Program-made: the position numbers and the translations under genes
Virus record (IMG/VR): IMGVR_UViG_3300005337_000002
Length of the DNA stretch: 64,000 bases
Direction: 5' to 3' (one strand)
Source: a virus
The notes under the pieces: generated by a model
Told to the model about the DNA's origin: nothing
The model's input: only the letters and a program-made list of their open reading frames with translations
Database searches by the model: none
Shown: piece by piece, positions 38,363 through 48,399 of the stretch
How positions within the stretch are numbered: position 1 is the stretch's first letter
How the letters are laid out: every line of letters begins with the position of its first letter

Positions 38363-39859
38363 ATGGATTTTCTGGTGTTGTCGCTCCCGGAGGCCGCATT
38401 TTTGTACACTGGGATTGCCCTGCAGGCCATGCTGCGCTCGTCAAAACTTATCGCCCTTGTCTATGCGATCATCACGATCTCGGTCTTCGTGCTCCTGTGG
38501 CGCGGCCTCGGCTCGGTCTGGTTCTGGAAGCCGGTGGCGGGCTATCTCGGTACGACGGGCCTGATCCTGGTGCTCTTTTGGCCGGAAGCGCTGCGGTTTG
38601 GGCATCTGTCGGCCCGCGCCACCGATGCCACCCAGATTGCGTCCTATGCGGCGAGTCAGGACCCCGACGCCGAAGTCGTGACGGCGGCGGAGACGCAACT
38701 GGTCCTGCCCGCGCTCCAAGACCCGGTGCTCGTCCCTGTGGGTTTTCGCCTGCTCTTGCGGATGACGACGGGGCTCTCCCTCACCATCGGGCGCATCCTG
38801 AATGACCAGGAACATCGCACGTTTGGCATCTTGACATCGATGGGGTGGCTGCTCGGCGTTGAACTCACCGCGCCCGTCAGTAACGCGATTCAGGACTGGA
38901 CTCTTAACTGTTTTACCCCCATCTGGACCACGACACTGGAAGCCCAGCAAGCCGTGACCGCGCACGATCTCTTGCCGTGGGATAACTCCCCTGTCGCGCA
39001 AGCGCTGAATACGCGCGAGGTGCGCCCTGGGGCACAGAGCGGGATTACGTGGCTGCAAGGCAGTACGCCGACTGCCACGGTGAAATGCGATACCTATCTG
39101 GCGGCGGTTGAAAGTGACACGCAAGCCTGGCTACGACAACTGAAGAGCCCGCGGGGGACCCCGCTGCTCCAAGTGTTTGAGGAAGACCTGGGGCTGACCC
39201 CGATCCAGCAAGCGCGCTTTCTGCTCTACCGCGAGATCCTGCGGACCATGCAGGGCCCCGTCCCGGCACCCAGCCTGCTGGGCACCTACGCCGCGATTCG
39301 GGGAGCAGGCATTGCCGGCAGGGCACTGGATCAAGGCAGCTTCACGGGCATCGTGGGGCTCCTCAGCGGCACCTTCTCCTGGGCGAAGACGCTCTTTGCC
39401 GCCGGGCGGGGGGCGGGCGCGGGGGTGAGTGCGGAATTTCAGCGCACGGTGGAGGGCTTGAGTCACTACGTCGGCTTTGCGGTGCTGCTGACGTGGGTCG
39501 CGCCCTACGTGCTCGGCATCGCGAATCTGGTGCTCGTGGGGCTGTTTCCGCTGCTGCTGCTCTTTCTGCTCATCCCCGGGCATCAACTGGAAGGGTTGCT
39601 CCTCTATGTCGCCATCTTGCTCTTTACGACGGCGGCCCCGCTGTGCTATGCCCTGGTCGATGTGTCGCAGCGGCTCGCGGGCAGTCTCGCACCCCAGTCC
39701 ACGGATGCGGTCTTTGGGGGCTTGAGCAATGGCGCGACGGCCTTTGTCTGGAGTACGATGGCGACGATTGTGGGCCTGCTCGTCATTCCCGTCACGCTCG
39801 CGTGGCTCTTGTTTAAGACGTTTCGGGCGGCCAGCAGTCTGTGGCGCCCTAGCATCTAG
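38363..39859 (+). CDS. traG: TraG N-terminal-like mating-pair membrane protein
   Basis: N- and C-terminal TM clusters; periplasmic DW..NCF.P...C segment. Confidence 0.65.
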   Translation: MDFLVLSLPEAAFLYTGIALQAMLRSSKLIALVYAIITISVFVLLWRGLGSVWFWKPVAGYLGTTGLILVLFWPEALRFGHLSARATDATQIASYAASQDPDAEVVTAAETQLVLPALQDPVLVPVGFRLLLRMTTGLSLTIGRILNDQEHRTFGILTSMGWLLGVELTAPVSNAIQDWTLNCFTPIWTTTLEAQQAVTAHDLLPWDNSPVAQALNTREVRPGAQSGITWLQGSTPTATVKCDTYLAAVESDTQAWLRQLKSPRGTPLLQVFEEDLGLTPIQQARFLLYREILRTMQGPVPAPSLLGTYAAIRGAGIAGRALDQGSFTGIVGLLSGTFSWAKTLFAAGRGAGAGVSAEFQRTVEGLSHYVGFAVLLTWVAPYVLGIANLVLVGLFPLLLLFLLIPGHQLEGLLLYVAILLFTTAAPLCYALVDVSQRLAGSLAPQSTDAVFGGLSNGATAFVWSTMATIVGLLVIPVTLAWLLFKTFRAASSLWRPSI

Positions 39860-39873
39860 CGGAGGAGAGCGTC

Positions 39874-40608
39874 ATGGCCTTTGAGGAAGTAATTTTTGGA
39901 CAGTGCCGACTGATACGCGGGGATTGCTATGTCCTGCTTGCCGACATACAGGCCGATGCACTGATTACCGATCCGCCCTATGGGATGGCCTTCAATTTTC
40001 GGCAGGTAACGTCCCCTGACCTTCGGCGCAAGAGTCACCCCCCCCATGGACGCCATAGCTACAGTGCTGGTCGGGCATGGCAGGACAATATCCACGGCGA
40101 TGCATCCCCGTTCGATCCCACACCCTTCTTGTGGTTTCCACAGATCATTTTATGGGGTGCGCACCATTATAGTGCTGCCTTGCCGTCGAGCCCAAGCTGG
40201 CTCCTCTGGGACAAGCGTGTGGGAACCGCCTCAGATCATCATGGGGATGCGGATATGGCATGGACCAATCTTGGCGGCTGTATTCGCGTCCACCGGCAAC
40301 TCTGGCGAGGGCTCATTCGGGCAGGTGAGGAAAATGGGAGTCGTGACGGCAAGCAGCATCCAGGACAAAAACCGTTAGCCCTTATGCGGTGGTGTGTCGA
40401 AAAAACACGAGGGATAGTCTTTGATCCCTTTGCCGGATCGTTCACCACGGCTCTCGCATGTTTCCAACTGGGACGACCCTGCATTGCTATCGAAATTGAC
40501 CCTTATTATTTTGACATAGGCTGCCGTCGTCTCGAAGCCGCCTACGCCCAGCTAGGGTTGTTTCTTCCGCAACCCATCGTACATCCCACGCAAGCAACCT
40601 TATTCTAA
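39874..40608 (+). CDS. Beta-class N4/N6 DNA methyltransferase
   Basis: ITDPPYG...HPGQKP...VFDPFAGS...IEID. Confidence 0.92.
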   Translation: MAFEEVIFGQCRLIRGDCYVLLADIQADALITDPPYGMAFNFRQVTSPDLRRKSHPPHGRHSYSAGRAWQDNIHGDASPFDPTPFLWFPQIILWGAHHYSAALPSSPSWLLWDKRVGTASDHHGDADMAWTNLGGCIRVHRQLWRGLIRAGEENGSRDGKQHPGQKPLALMRWCVEKTRGIVFDPFAGSFTTALACFQLGRPCIAIEIDPYYFDIGCRRLEAAYAQLGLFLPQPIVHPTQATLF

Positions 40609-40796
40609 AGGAGATGCTCGATGTGGCAATTCTGTGTGCTTCTGTTTCTGCTCGCCGGGCTCGTGGCCCTGCTCCCCAATCTCTGCCTGCTCGGGATGTT
40701 CCAGGGCTGTCGTGCCTGCCATAGTCTCATGCGGCGCGGGGCGACGAAGTGCCCCCACTGTCATACGCCGTATCGCACACCTGCCAAGGTGGCCGC

Positions 40797-42074
40797 ATGA
40801 GGGGTCTCCTGCTCGCCTGCCTGCTCTTCCCTACCTCGACTCTTGCGGGGTCGTTCATTCTCAGCTGGGACACTCCGCTGGACTGGCAACCGCGCGTGCA
40901 GTATCGGCTCCAGATCGTCACAACCCAGGCCGGGCGGGCGGTCCAACAGACCCAGACCCTTGCCGCCTTCCCGGCAGGCCAGTGCGCCCAGTGGCCGGAT
41001 GCCCAGCGGACGCCAGAGAGTCTCTGTAGCGAGGTGTGCCTTGAACCAGGGGATTACTCACTCACGCTCCAAGCCGCGACAGATCTGGCGAGTGACTGGT
41101 CAAACGTGCTCGATGTCGATCTGACGAGTACCGGCCCGTGTCATCCCGTGCCGGTCGTGCCGGTGCCCCCCCAAGCCAAGAAACCGATCCCCATCCCGCT
41201 CGTGCCCATCCCACTCCCGACAGCGCCCGCACCGTCAGCGCCGACTCTGACGTCGCTGCTCAATATGGGCTGCGTGAGTTGGAAAGTGACGGGCGTATGC
41301 ATGTGTAACCCCACCACGCCCTGCCTCACATTAGAATATTGGGAACCCCGCTATGTGGTCGAGACGGTGAAATCCCCCGGGGATACGGTCGTTCCGCTCC
41401 TGGGCGATGTGTTGCGCGCCGTCCTCAGTACCACCGGCGCCCCAGCCATCGGCGGCGGCGGCAGCGCCAATGCGAGCGGCAGTGGGCACACGAACCTGTC
41501 GTACAATGAGACGCATATCTACAGCCTGCCCAACCTCTTCGGCGGTCCCTGTACCGCCTGTGCGCCCAGCGGCGGCTTTGGTCTGAACTACGCGAGTGAA
41601 CTGGATGCCCCCGGCTGGCGCATCGATGTATCCGTGCCAACCCCCTATGAGTTGCTCTTGCAGGTGGGGACCTGGGGACGGCTCTACCCACGGTCGGGCA
41701 AGGTCATTCATGGCTCGCCACCGGTCGCCAGCGCACTCACCGCCGTGCGGGCGCTCGACATTATACGCCAACCCATCGGCGTGCCGCCCAACGTCGATGC
41801 GCATGTCGTGACGCAACCCGGTGATGCCGGGACCCCCGCGTGCATGCAGATGGGCTATCCGCGCCAACTCCCCTGCTTCCCCGCGGGCACGCCGAATGCC
41901 CTCTGGGAAACGGGCACGGGGAGTCTGACGGGGCGGTACGCATGGACCATTTGGATCAAGCGGAGTTGCTGTACGAACCCTGCGACGTCGACCTGCGGCA
42001 TTGCGACCCCTGGAATAGGCGGCACCGGCCAGAACGTGTGTCTCTTGCCGCAACTCCCCAGCGTCTTACCTTAA
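40797..42074 (+). CDS. traU: TraU-like protein with extra N-terminal beta domain
   Basis: CVSWKVTGVC, YWEP...VE, NYASELD..GWR, TWGRLYPRSG, YAWTIW...CC. Confidence 0.85.
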   Translation: MRGLLLACLLFPTSTLAGSFILSWDTPLDWQPRVQYRLQIVTTQAGRAVQQTQTLAAFPAGQCAQWPDAQRTPESLCSEVCLEPGDYSLTLQAATDLASDWSNVLDVDLTSTGPCHPVPVVPVPPQAKKPIPIPLVPIPLPTAPAPSAPTLTSLLNMGCVSWKVTGVCMCNPTTPCLTLEYWEPRYVVETVKSPGDTVVPLLGDVLRAVLSTTGAPAIGGGGSANASGSGHTNLSYNETHIYSLPNLFGGPCTACAPSGGFGLNYASELDAPGWRIDVSVPTPYELLLQVGTWGRLYPRSGKVIHGSPPVASALTAVRALDIIRQPIGVPPNVDAHVVTQPGDAGTPACMQMGYPRQLPCFPAGTPNALWETGTGSLTGRYAWTIWIKRSCCTNPATSTCGIATPGIGGTGQNVCLLPQLPSVLP

Positions 42075-42090
42075 CACGAAAGGACTGTCT

Positions 42091-43710
42091 ATGCCCTTGC
42101 CCTTTGCGGTTCGCTGGCCCGTCTGTGTCCAGCGCTGGCTCGGCCTGCGCGTCTCGCGTCTGCCGGGCCGTCTTGCCACATTTGGCGTCCCGTGGCCGTC
42201 CCTGCCCCGAAGTGCTGCCAGCTATGAGCGCCTGTTCTACCAGACCTGTGAGGTCCGCATTCCCGCCACGGCGCATGGCTTCCATTGCCCGTGGACCACG
42301 CTCAGCATTGAAGTCTTTCTGTGGGCGCCGGAGGACCAACGTTGGGTCGAGGCCTCGCTCGCCGTCAACATGGGGCTTGCGCCTGACCGTACGCTCTTTG
42401 TGCGGTTCCATACCCCCCAGAGCGGCGTCGTGCGCCTCCTTGCCGTGCGCGGGCAACTGCATGGCCCGCTCCATACGATGCTCCCTGGGATGCCTGGGGA
42501 ACGCTAGAAAGAATGGTCTATGCAACTCACACTTGATCTGTCTGAGCATGTCATTGAAACCTTGCGAACGTTGGCGATCCAGCGCCATTGCACGACCCCC
42601 GAGATCGCGACGGCGTTGCTTACGCAGGCGGCTTCTGTCGATGCGCCCTCCCTTGATGCCGCGCTGCCTGCCAGGGATGCGGGCATTCTGCTCGATCCAG
42701 CCGCACGGGCTTTACTTCGCGAGCACCATCTGAGCCCAGCCGATCGCGCTTTCCTGAATCACGTGATTGATCTTTGGAATGTCTACGCGCTCGGGAGCCA
42801 ACAGTCTCCCGTCAGTTTCTTCGCGCAGTTTCTCACGGACCAGGCGTGCATGATGATGGCCACGCAGTATCCTGGCGATCTGGACAAGATTGCACAGGCG
42901 GCAACCGTTCTCACGCGCTTGGTCGAGCAATTACTTTGGGCGAAGATCACCCTCACGAATGGCTTTCGTCGCCCACTGCCGGAGGAATTGTCATGATATG
43001 CTCCCGCTACGTACTTGCCCTCGGTCTACTGACACTCGCGACGCCTGCCGTCCATGCCCAACCCCTGCCCTGTGCCCTGCAGGCCTTCTTTGAGTCCGTC
43101 TGCCCCGAGGGGTCAACGTCTGTTGCGCCTGTCCCTGCGGCCCCGCCCGCGCTCCTGCCGCCCCTGTTTCCGAAGGAGACGCTCGCGCGGGATATTCCCC
43201 CGCTGATGGTGACACTGCTCGATGCCCCCACCCCCGAGAACGCTCGCGCCTTCCAGGCCTGGCATCGGCGCCGACTGGCCCGTATTCAGGAGGTCAATCG
43301 TCTCCTGCAATCCCTTGAACCTGTCCCCCAGAAAGAGGTGCCTGATGCCCAGCTCCCGCGCTGAGAAAGCGGCGCCCGCCCGGTGGACTGCCTGGCAGGC
43401 CGCGCGTCGTGCCCAGGGCGTCTTATCCGCCCGAGCCGCCGCCCAGGACTACACCGCGCTCCAGGTCCAACCCCCGCTGCGCGCCACGTTCTTTGTGATG
43501 CTGGATCTGCTGAGTGCCCGGCATAAGTGGCTGCAGCGGCTCGCCAGGCTGCACGCCGATCCGGCCTTCACCGCGTCCCTTGAGGAGGTGGAGGTCGCGT
43601 GGCAGCGGTGGGAGCAGTGGACCCGGCACTTTGCGGCCACGCTGACCCATCTCACCGCTGATCATCCGACGGGCCTGCCGCTGGAGGAGGACCCGCCCGA
43701 TGCCGACTAA
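42091..43710 (+). other. Four small transfer-region genes: 42091-42507, 42520-42996, 42993-43364, 43345-43710
   Basis: Closely spaced or overlapping ORFs. 42993-43364 has a signal peptide and LDAPTPENARAF, like the TraF N-terminus. Confidence 0.55.
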
Positions 43711-45520
43711 GCTGCTCGTGCGCGCCATACTCCTGGCGAGTCTCGCATGGCTCTGGCTGTGTGTCTCTTTCGTCGTCCCGCTGCCGCCCGCGTATGCGGC
43801 TGCTCCGCTCCAGACTCCGGTCGACCTGCTGGCGCTGACCTGGCTGGTCTGGCGCCTCCTGCTCCTGGATCGCACCTGGCATACGTGGCGCGCGTGGCGG
43901 GTCTCGCCTGCCCCCTGGGTCCTTGCCGCGACCGCCTCCCCGTGTCTCACAGACGGCCTGCTGCTCGGCGAGGCGTTTGCGTGGACGACCGCCCAGACCC
44001 ACGCCCTCGAAACCTTCCTCGTGGATGAAGAGACGCTCCCGGTGGCGACAAGCGCCCGCGGCGGCCATCCGGCCCTCCATGCCGTTGGGGCCGGCGCTGT
44101 CCAGCTCCTCCCGCTCCCGTGGTCGGAACTCGTCGGCCAGGTCGGGGTCCTGGGGACGACCCGCAGCGGCAAGTCCACACTGCTCGAACTCCTGATGACG
44201 CACGCCATCCGGGCCCGCCACGGCCCGGTCATGGTGCTGGATCCCCGCGGCAGTCGGACGTTGCTTGCGCGCTGTGCCCTCGAAGCCTACCGGATTGGGC
44301 GGCCCTTTGCGGTCATCGCCCCCGCGTTCCCGGCCCAGTCGGCCACGATGAATGTGCTGGACACCGCGACCTCCCCCGTGGAAGTCTCCTCGCGCATCAA
44401 TGCCCTGATGCCCAGCGGTGGGGGGCGCACGACGGATCCCTTCTTTGAACAATATCCGCTGGCCCTGATTGAGCGGATCGCCACCGCCCAGCAGGCGCTG
44501 GGCCAGCCCTGGACGCTCGAAGGGCTCTACAAAGCCTCGGTCCTGCCGCAGCATGCCGAGCGCTTGCTCATGGACTACCTCGTGCATCTGGGCTGCACGC
44601 GCACCCCCACGCTGCAGCCGATGAAGACCGAGTATTTTCGGAAGCATATGCATGACCTCACTGCCGATGCCCTCATTGCGGATCAGGAGCGCAACCGGGA
44701 CCACTTTGCCAAGGTAACGGCCAATCTCATTCCCGCCTTTCGCGGCGTCGTGCATGCCCCGTTAGGGCCGCTCTTCTCGACGGTCCCCGGCGATCTCACC
44801 TGGCAGACGATTGTCGAGAAGGAGATCGTCGTGTATGTGGCCCTGGCGAGTATGCTGCTTGGCGACATTGCGAACCGCATCGGGCGCGTCATCCTGCAAG
44901 ATCTCATCGGCTATCTGGGCCGGCGGGACGCCTATGCGGATGTGCGTGCCGCCGTGCCGATCACCGTGCTGATTGATGAGGTGGGGGATGTCGTCTTTCC
45001 GCTGTTCACCAATGCCCTCAATAAAGGTGGCGGGGCGAAAGCCCGGTTTGTCATTGCCATGCAGTCCCATGCGGATCTCGACGCGAAGGTAGGCCGGGAG
45101 GAGAGCCGCCGCATTCGGGACAACCTCAATACCCAAGTGACCTTTCGTCTGACGGATGATCGCACCGCGACGGACGTGGCCGAGGGGTATGGCGTCTGTA
45201 CAGTGCAGGTGCCGGAGACCGGGGTGGGACTGACGGTGGGCGGTGGTGGGGGACTGACCGGCAGTGCCCATCGGCGGCTCGTGCAGCGAGAGGTACCGCG
45301 CGTGCGGAGCAACTGGCTCAAGGCGTTGCCACGGGGCGAGGCGTTTGTGCGGCTCAAGGGTGAACTCTGGAAAGCGCGCATCCCCATGCTTACCCCAATC
45401 ACCTCTGACGAACTCGATATGCTCGGACTCACGACACTGTGGAACAGTCTTGCGCCACAGTCCCCTGCTTCTCCAACAGAAGGGAGTGATGTATGCGACG
45501 ACTCAGTAGTCTCTTGCTAG
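43700..45520 (+). CDS. traD: Type IV coupling protein (TraD/VirD4)
   Basis: Walker A GTTRSGKS, VLDPRG, Walker B LIDE, LNKGGGA...AMQS. Confidence 0.92.
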   Translation: MPTKLLVRAILLASLAWLWLCVSFVVPLPPAYAAAPLQTPVDLLALTWLVWRLLLLDRTWHTWRAWRVSPAPWVLAATASPCLTDGLLLGEAFAWTTAQTHALETFLVDEETLPVATSARGGHPALHAVGAGAVQLLPLPWSELVGQVGVLGTTRSGKSTLLELLMTHAIRARHGPVMVLDPRGSRTLLARCALEAYRIGRPFAVIAPAFPAQSATMNVLDTATSPVEVSSRINALMPSGGGRTTDPFFEQYPLALIERIATAQQALGQPWTLEGLYKASVLPQHAERLLMDYLVHLGCTRTPTLQPMKTEYFRKHMHDLTADALIADQERNRDHFAKVTANLIPAFRGVVHAPLGPLFSTVPGDLTWQTIVEKEIVVYVALASMLLGDIANRIGRVILQDLIGYLGRRDAYADVRAAVPITVLIDEVGDVVFPLFTNALNKGGGAKARFVIAMQSHADLDAKVGREESRRIRDNLNTQVTFRLTDDRTATDVAEGYGVCTVQVPETGVGLTVGGGGGLTGSAHRRLVQREVPRVRSNWLKALPRGEAFVRLKGELWKARIPMLTPITSDELDMLGLTTLWNSLAPQSPASPTEGSDVCDDSVVSC

Positions 45521-45870
45521 CGCTGGTCCTAGTCGGGTGTATGGCAACCGGGACGAAGGTGACGGAAGTCCAACTCGAGCAGTTTCAGCCGGGGTACAGC
45601 ACCTATCAGGACGTCATTGGAATGCTCGGCCCGCCGAATCAATCGACCCTACACAGTGATGGCACGCGCGAGGCGATCTATACCTACACGCAGATGCAAC
45701 TGAAGCCGCTGAACTTTGTGCCCATCCTTGCGGCTTTCACTCAAGGGAGTACCGCCGAAACCACGACGGTGACGTTACTCTTTGATGCGCGGGGGATGCT
45801 TGCCAGCTTCAGCGCGGCCCAGGGACAGACGACGGTGGGGACGGGGTTCGTGTCAGGGGGGCGGCAGTAA
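45493..45870 (+). CDS. BamE/SmpA-like lipoprotein
   Basis: Lipobox LVGC; G.ST..DV...LG.P. Confidence 0.75.
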   Translation: MRRLSSLLLALVLVGCMATGTKVTEVQLEQFQPGYSTYQDVIGMLGPPNQSTLHSDGTREAIYTYTQMQLKPLNFVPILAAFTQGSTAETTTVTLLFDARGMLASFSAAQGQTTVGTGFVSGGRQ

Positions 45871-45871
45871 T

Positions 45872-46744
45872 TCAAGCGCCCACATAGGCTTTGACTATTT
45901 CCAGTCGGCAATGACCAAGTTCTTCGGACAGAATCGACCGCGCATCCTGGTCCCGCTCTCGCTGCTCTGGGGTCAAGTCCCTATGGCTTGGCCCGCCCGC
46001 CACTGGACACAGAAACCCCGTCAACTCCAGAAACCGCCGCTGGGCATACGCATGCCGCAGGCCGTGCATATTGTGCAGCCCCACGCGCTTCACCCAGTCG
46101 TCATAGCGGTAGCGTTGTTGGATATACGTGCGATGCGTGGGGATGAGCGACGCCTCCTTGCTCGGGAGCGTTTGCTTGAGCCGGTCGAGGACCTCGCGTT
46201 GCGCGGCGGTCGCAATGGGAATCTGGCGCGGGCGTCCGCCCTTGGTCCACGAGCCTTGCAGCACCAGGTACTGCCCCTGATCCGCCTGCCACAGGCGTAT
46301 CTTGATGCTCTCCTCCCGGCGCAACCCAAAGGCCCGTTGGAGTTCGAGGGAGGCTCGCACCCAGCGATCCTGTACGCGCATGAGGACATCATTCGGGACC
46401 GTCTGCGCTTTCGAGGTCTTGGCCACGAACTGCCGCGGGGGCAGGGCATAGATCGCGTTGTCTTTGGGCAGGATACTCACCCGATTGATCTTGTGTGCCC
46501 ACCAGCGGAGAACGCTCAAGCGGTTGCGAATGGTGGCGCCGCTCAAGCCTTGCGTGTGCCAGAGCGCGAGGAGCTTGTCGATATGCCGGCCCTTGAGGTC
46601 CGTGGCGTGCAAGTCTTTATAGCCAAGGTGGATCAGTTGGTCGGCCATCTGCGCCAGGATCGTGCGCCGATTGGCCTGGGTCATGAAGGAACCATCGCGG
46701 TTGCGCTTGGTGAGTTGGACGAGTTCGTAGGTGAGTTGCTTCAT
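45872..46744 (-). CDS. Tyrosine recombinase (Integrase_1-type with N-terminal SAM-like domain)
   Basis: RNRDGSF.TQ, FGLRREE, TKGGRPR, HGLRHAYAQ, ELGH...AY; R-K-HxxR-H-Y set present. Confidence 0.92.
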   Translation of the reverse strand: MKQLTYELVQLTKRNRDGSFMTQANRRTILAQMADQLIHLGYKDLHATDLKGRHIDKLLALWHTQGLSGATIRNRLSVLRWWAHKINRVSILPKDNAIYALPPRQFVAKTSKAQTVPNDVLMRVQDRWVRASLELQRAFGLRREESIKIRLWQADQGQYLVLQGSWTKGGRPRQIPIATAAQREVLDRLKQTLPSKEASLIPTHRTYIQQRYRYDDWVKRVGLHNMHGLRHAYAQRRFLELTGFLCPVAGGPSHRDLTPEQRERDQDARSILSEELGHCRLEIVKAYVGA

Positions 46745-46968
46745 GCGAAGCCCATATCAGGGGCAGGGCATGGCTGCCCGTCGTGCGTCTGATAGCGTTC
46801 CTGTTCGATCGTCATATTGACGGTCGCCATATCGCGCCAGATGCGATAGGGTGGGCAGGGATGCCACTCGCCTGCATCGTTGCGCTGGAACACAATACCG
46901 TGTTGCTCCCACCATGCACGATGTGCGGCCTCGTCTAGTCGTAATACTCGCATGTCACGCTTGCACAT
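46741..46968 (-). CDS. Small hypothetical protein coupled to the recombinase
   Basis: ATGA overlap with the recombinase start. Confidence 0.4.
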   Translation of the reverse strand: MCKRDMRVLRLDEAAHRAWWEQHGIVFQRNDAGEWHPCPPYRIWRDMATVNMTIEQERYQTHDGQPCPAPDMGFA

Positions 46969-46999
46969 CGTCACTCTGATATACATATAGAGTGTTGGA

Positions 47000-47558
47000 G
47001 TCTTATCGAGGTCGCTTCCCACGGTCGTCCGTGTGGTCAGTGTCGGTGGGCACCGCATACGGTCTCTCCTATGCAGTCTCAAGTCTTGCCCGTGTGGGAA
47101 TAGGGTACGCTGGTCCCCGCAGGTGGTATGCCGTCGCCGGCACCGGGTCTCGTCAGGAGACGCCGCAGCGTGTCTATCACAACCATCTATGTCAAATAGC
47201 CAGGGGGTCCCGTCCCGCAGCGGGCTATGAAGCGCTGCGGGACAGTCCTACGTTCGGATGGAACGATGCGTCTTCCTCTGCCTCGTTTCTGCGATACGAG
47301 ACGGTCATCGTGAGCCCAGATGTGGGGTACATAACCCTCGCAGAGCGGAAACCTCATCAGTCCTCCGTCGACCGATTTCTGATGGGGACAGACGCAGACG
47401 CGAAGCAGGGATGCGATGCATCCAGACATCTCGCTTTGCAGCGAGGGCAGGCCCTTCCGTGCGAGAAGGGCAGTCCGAAGCCCACCTTCCTCACGGCCTC
47501 GGCGTGTTAGGGGTCAGCCTAACAATTGGCAGGAGGATAGTGGAAACAACTGTTACTG
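47000..47558. other. Long structured non-coding region (candidate oriT or ncRNA)
   Basis: Many stems: GTCCCGCAGCG/CGCTGCGGGAC, TGCGTCT/AGACGCA, TCTGCGA/TCGCAGA, GCCCTTC/GAAGGGC, TGTTAGG/CCTAACA. Confidence 0.55.
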
Positions 47559-47822
47559 TCAAGCATGAGGAGTGGTCTGTGAGGCATCGATCCTATAGAA
47601 TGGAGGGGTGTGTCGTATCCGCGGCCTCCATGGCGTCTCCTGTGCGGGCAACACTTCTCTCCCCCGCGCAATGAGCGCAGCAATATCGTCCTCATCAAAG
47701 CCCAGTTTGCGGCCGAGTTTAACTGCCGGCAGTCCTAGCCGCACCCGAAACCGCTTATCGGCAAGACTGCGAGGCGAGAGACTCAGTCGCTCTGCAGCCT
47801 TTTCGAGTGTGAGAATCGCCAT
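47559..47822 (-). CDS. Excisionase-like HTH protein
   Basis: LTLEKAAERLSLSPRSL...LPAVKLGRKLGFDEDDI; AAGGAG RBS. Confidence 0.8.
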   Translation of the reverse strand: MAILTLEKAAERLSLSPRSLADKRFRVRLGLPAVKLGRKLGFDEDDIAALIARGREVLPAQETPWRPRIRHTPPFYRIDASQTTPHA

Positions 47823-48399
47823 GTAATACTCCTTCTATTTCAGAGTTGATTTTTTGGTATCTCCTCCGCAGTGACGCGGCAGGCCAGCGCAGGGCTTCCC
47901 CCGCGCCAGGCCACGCGTGCGCGCCGATCCATCCGCGACATCTCAGCGGGATCGGCGCAGACAGGACGTCGGGCATCACCCCCTCTCAGTCTCCGCTCAG
48001 GGTATATTCCAGCACCCGTCAGGTTTGGACTGGCAATCAAAGAGACGCTCATCCAAATGACGAGGTACATAGTCACGCAGCATCACCTCCTCTCAGGGAC
48101 ACACTCAAGGTATTGCCTGTGGGAGCTTGCCGTCATCACCATCACAGACAATAGTTTCGCCAACAATATGACACCCACGTTCATGTCGCATCACCCCCTT
48201 TCAGCGCGCCGCGGCACGTCGGTCCGCCACGTACGCAGCTGGCGCACCCAGCGCTCCTCGTGCTCCAATGCCCCCTCGACCCAATAGGTCAGACGATGCC
48301 GCGCCAGCGTCTGCAGCACCCGCTGCCAGGTCGGTCGCGGATAGTGCGTCGCTGGATGGGCGCAGGAGCGCTGGACACATTTCTTGGCTTGACGGCGTT

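Noticed and set aside
47120-47156. Minus-strand CUGACGAG hammerhead core
   Set aside because: No downstream GAAA closing stem II.
47270-47360. Minus-strand CUGAUGAG...GAAAC as a hammerhead
   Set aside because: Stem II does not close next to GAAA, CUGAUGA is itself paired in a stem, and I found no stem I/III partners.
45872-47822. Recombinase plus excisionase marking an element end (att site)
   Set aside because: No tRNA, host gene or direct repeat nearby, and mobile-element genes continue on both sides. Cannot be fully excluded.
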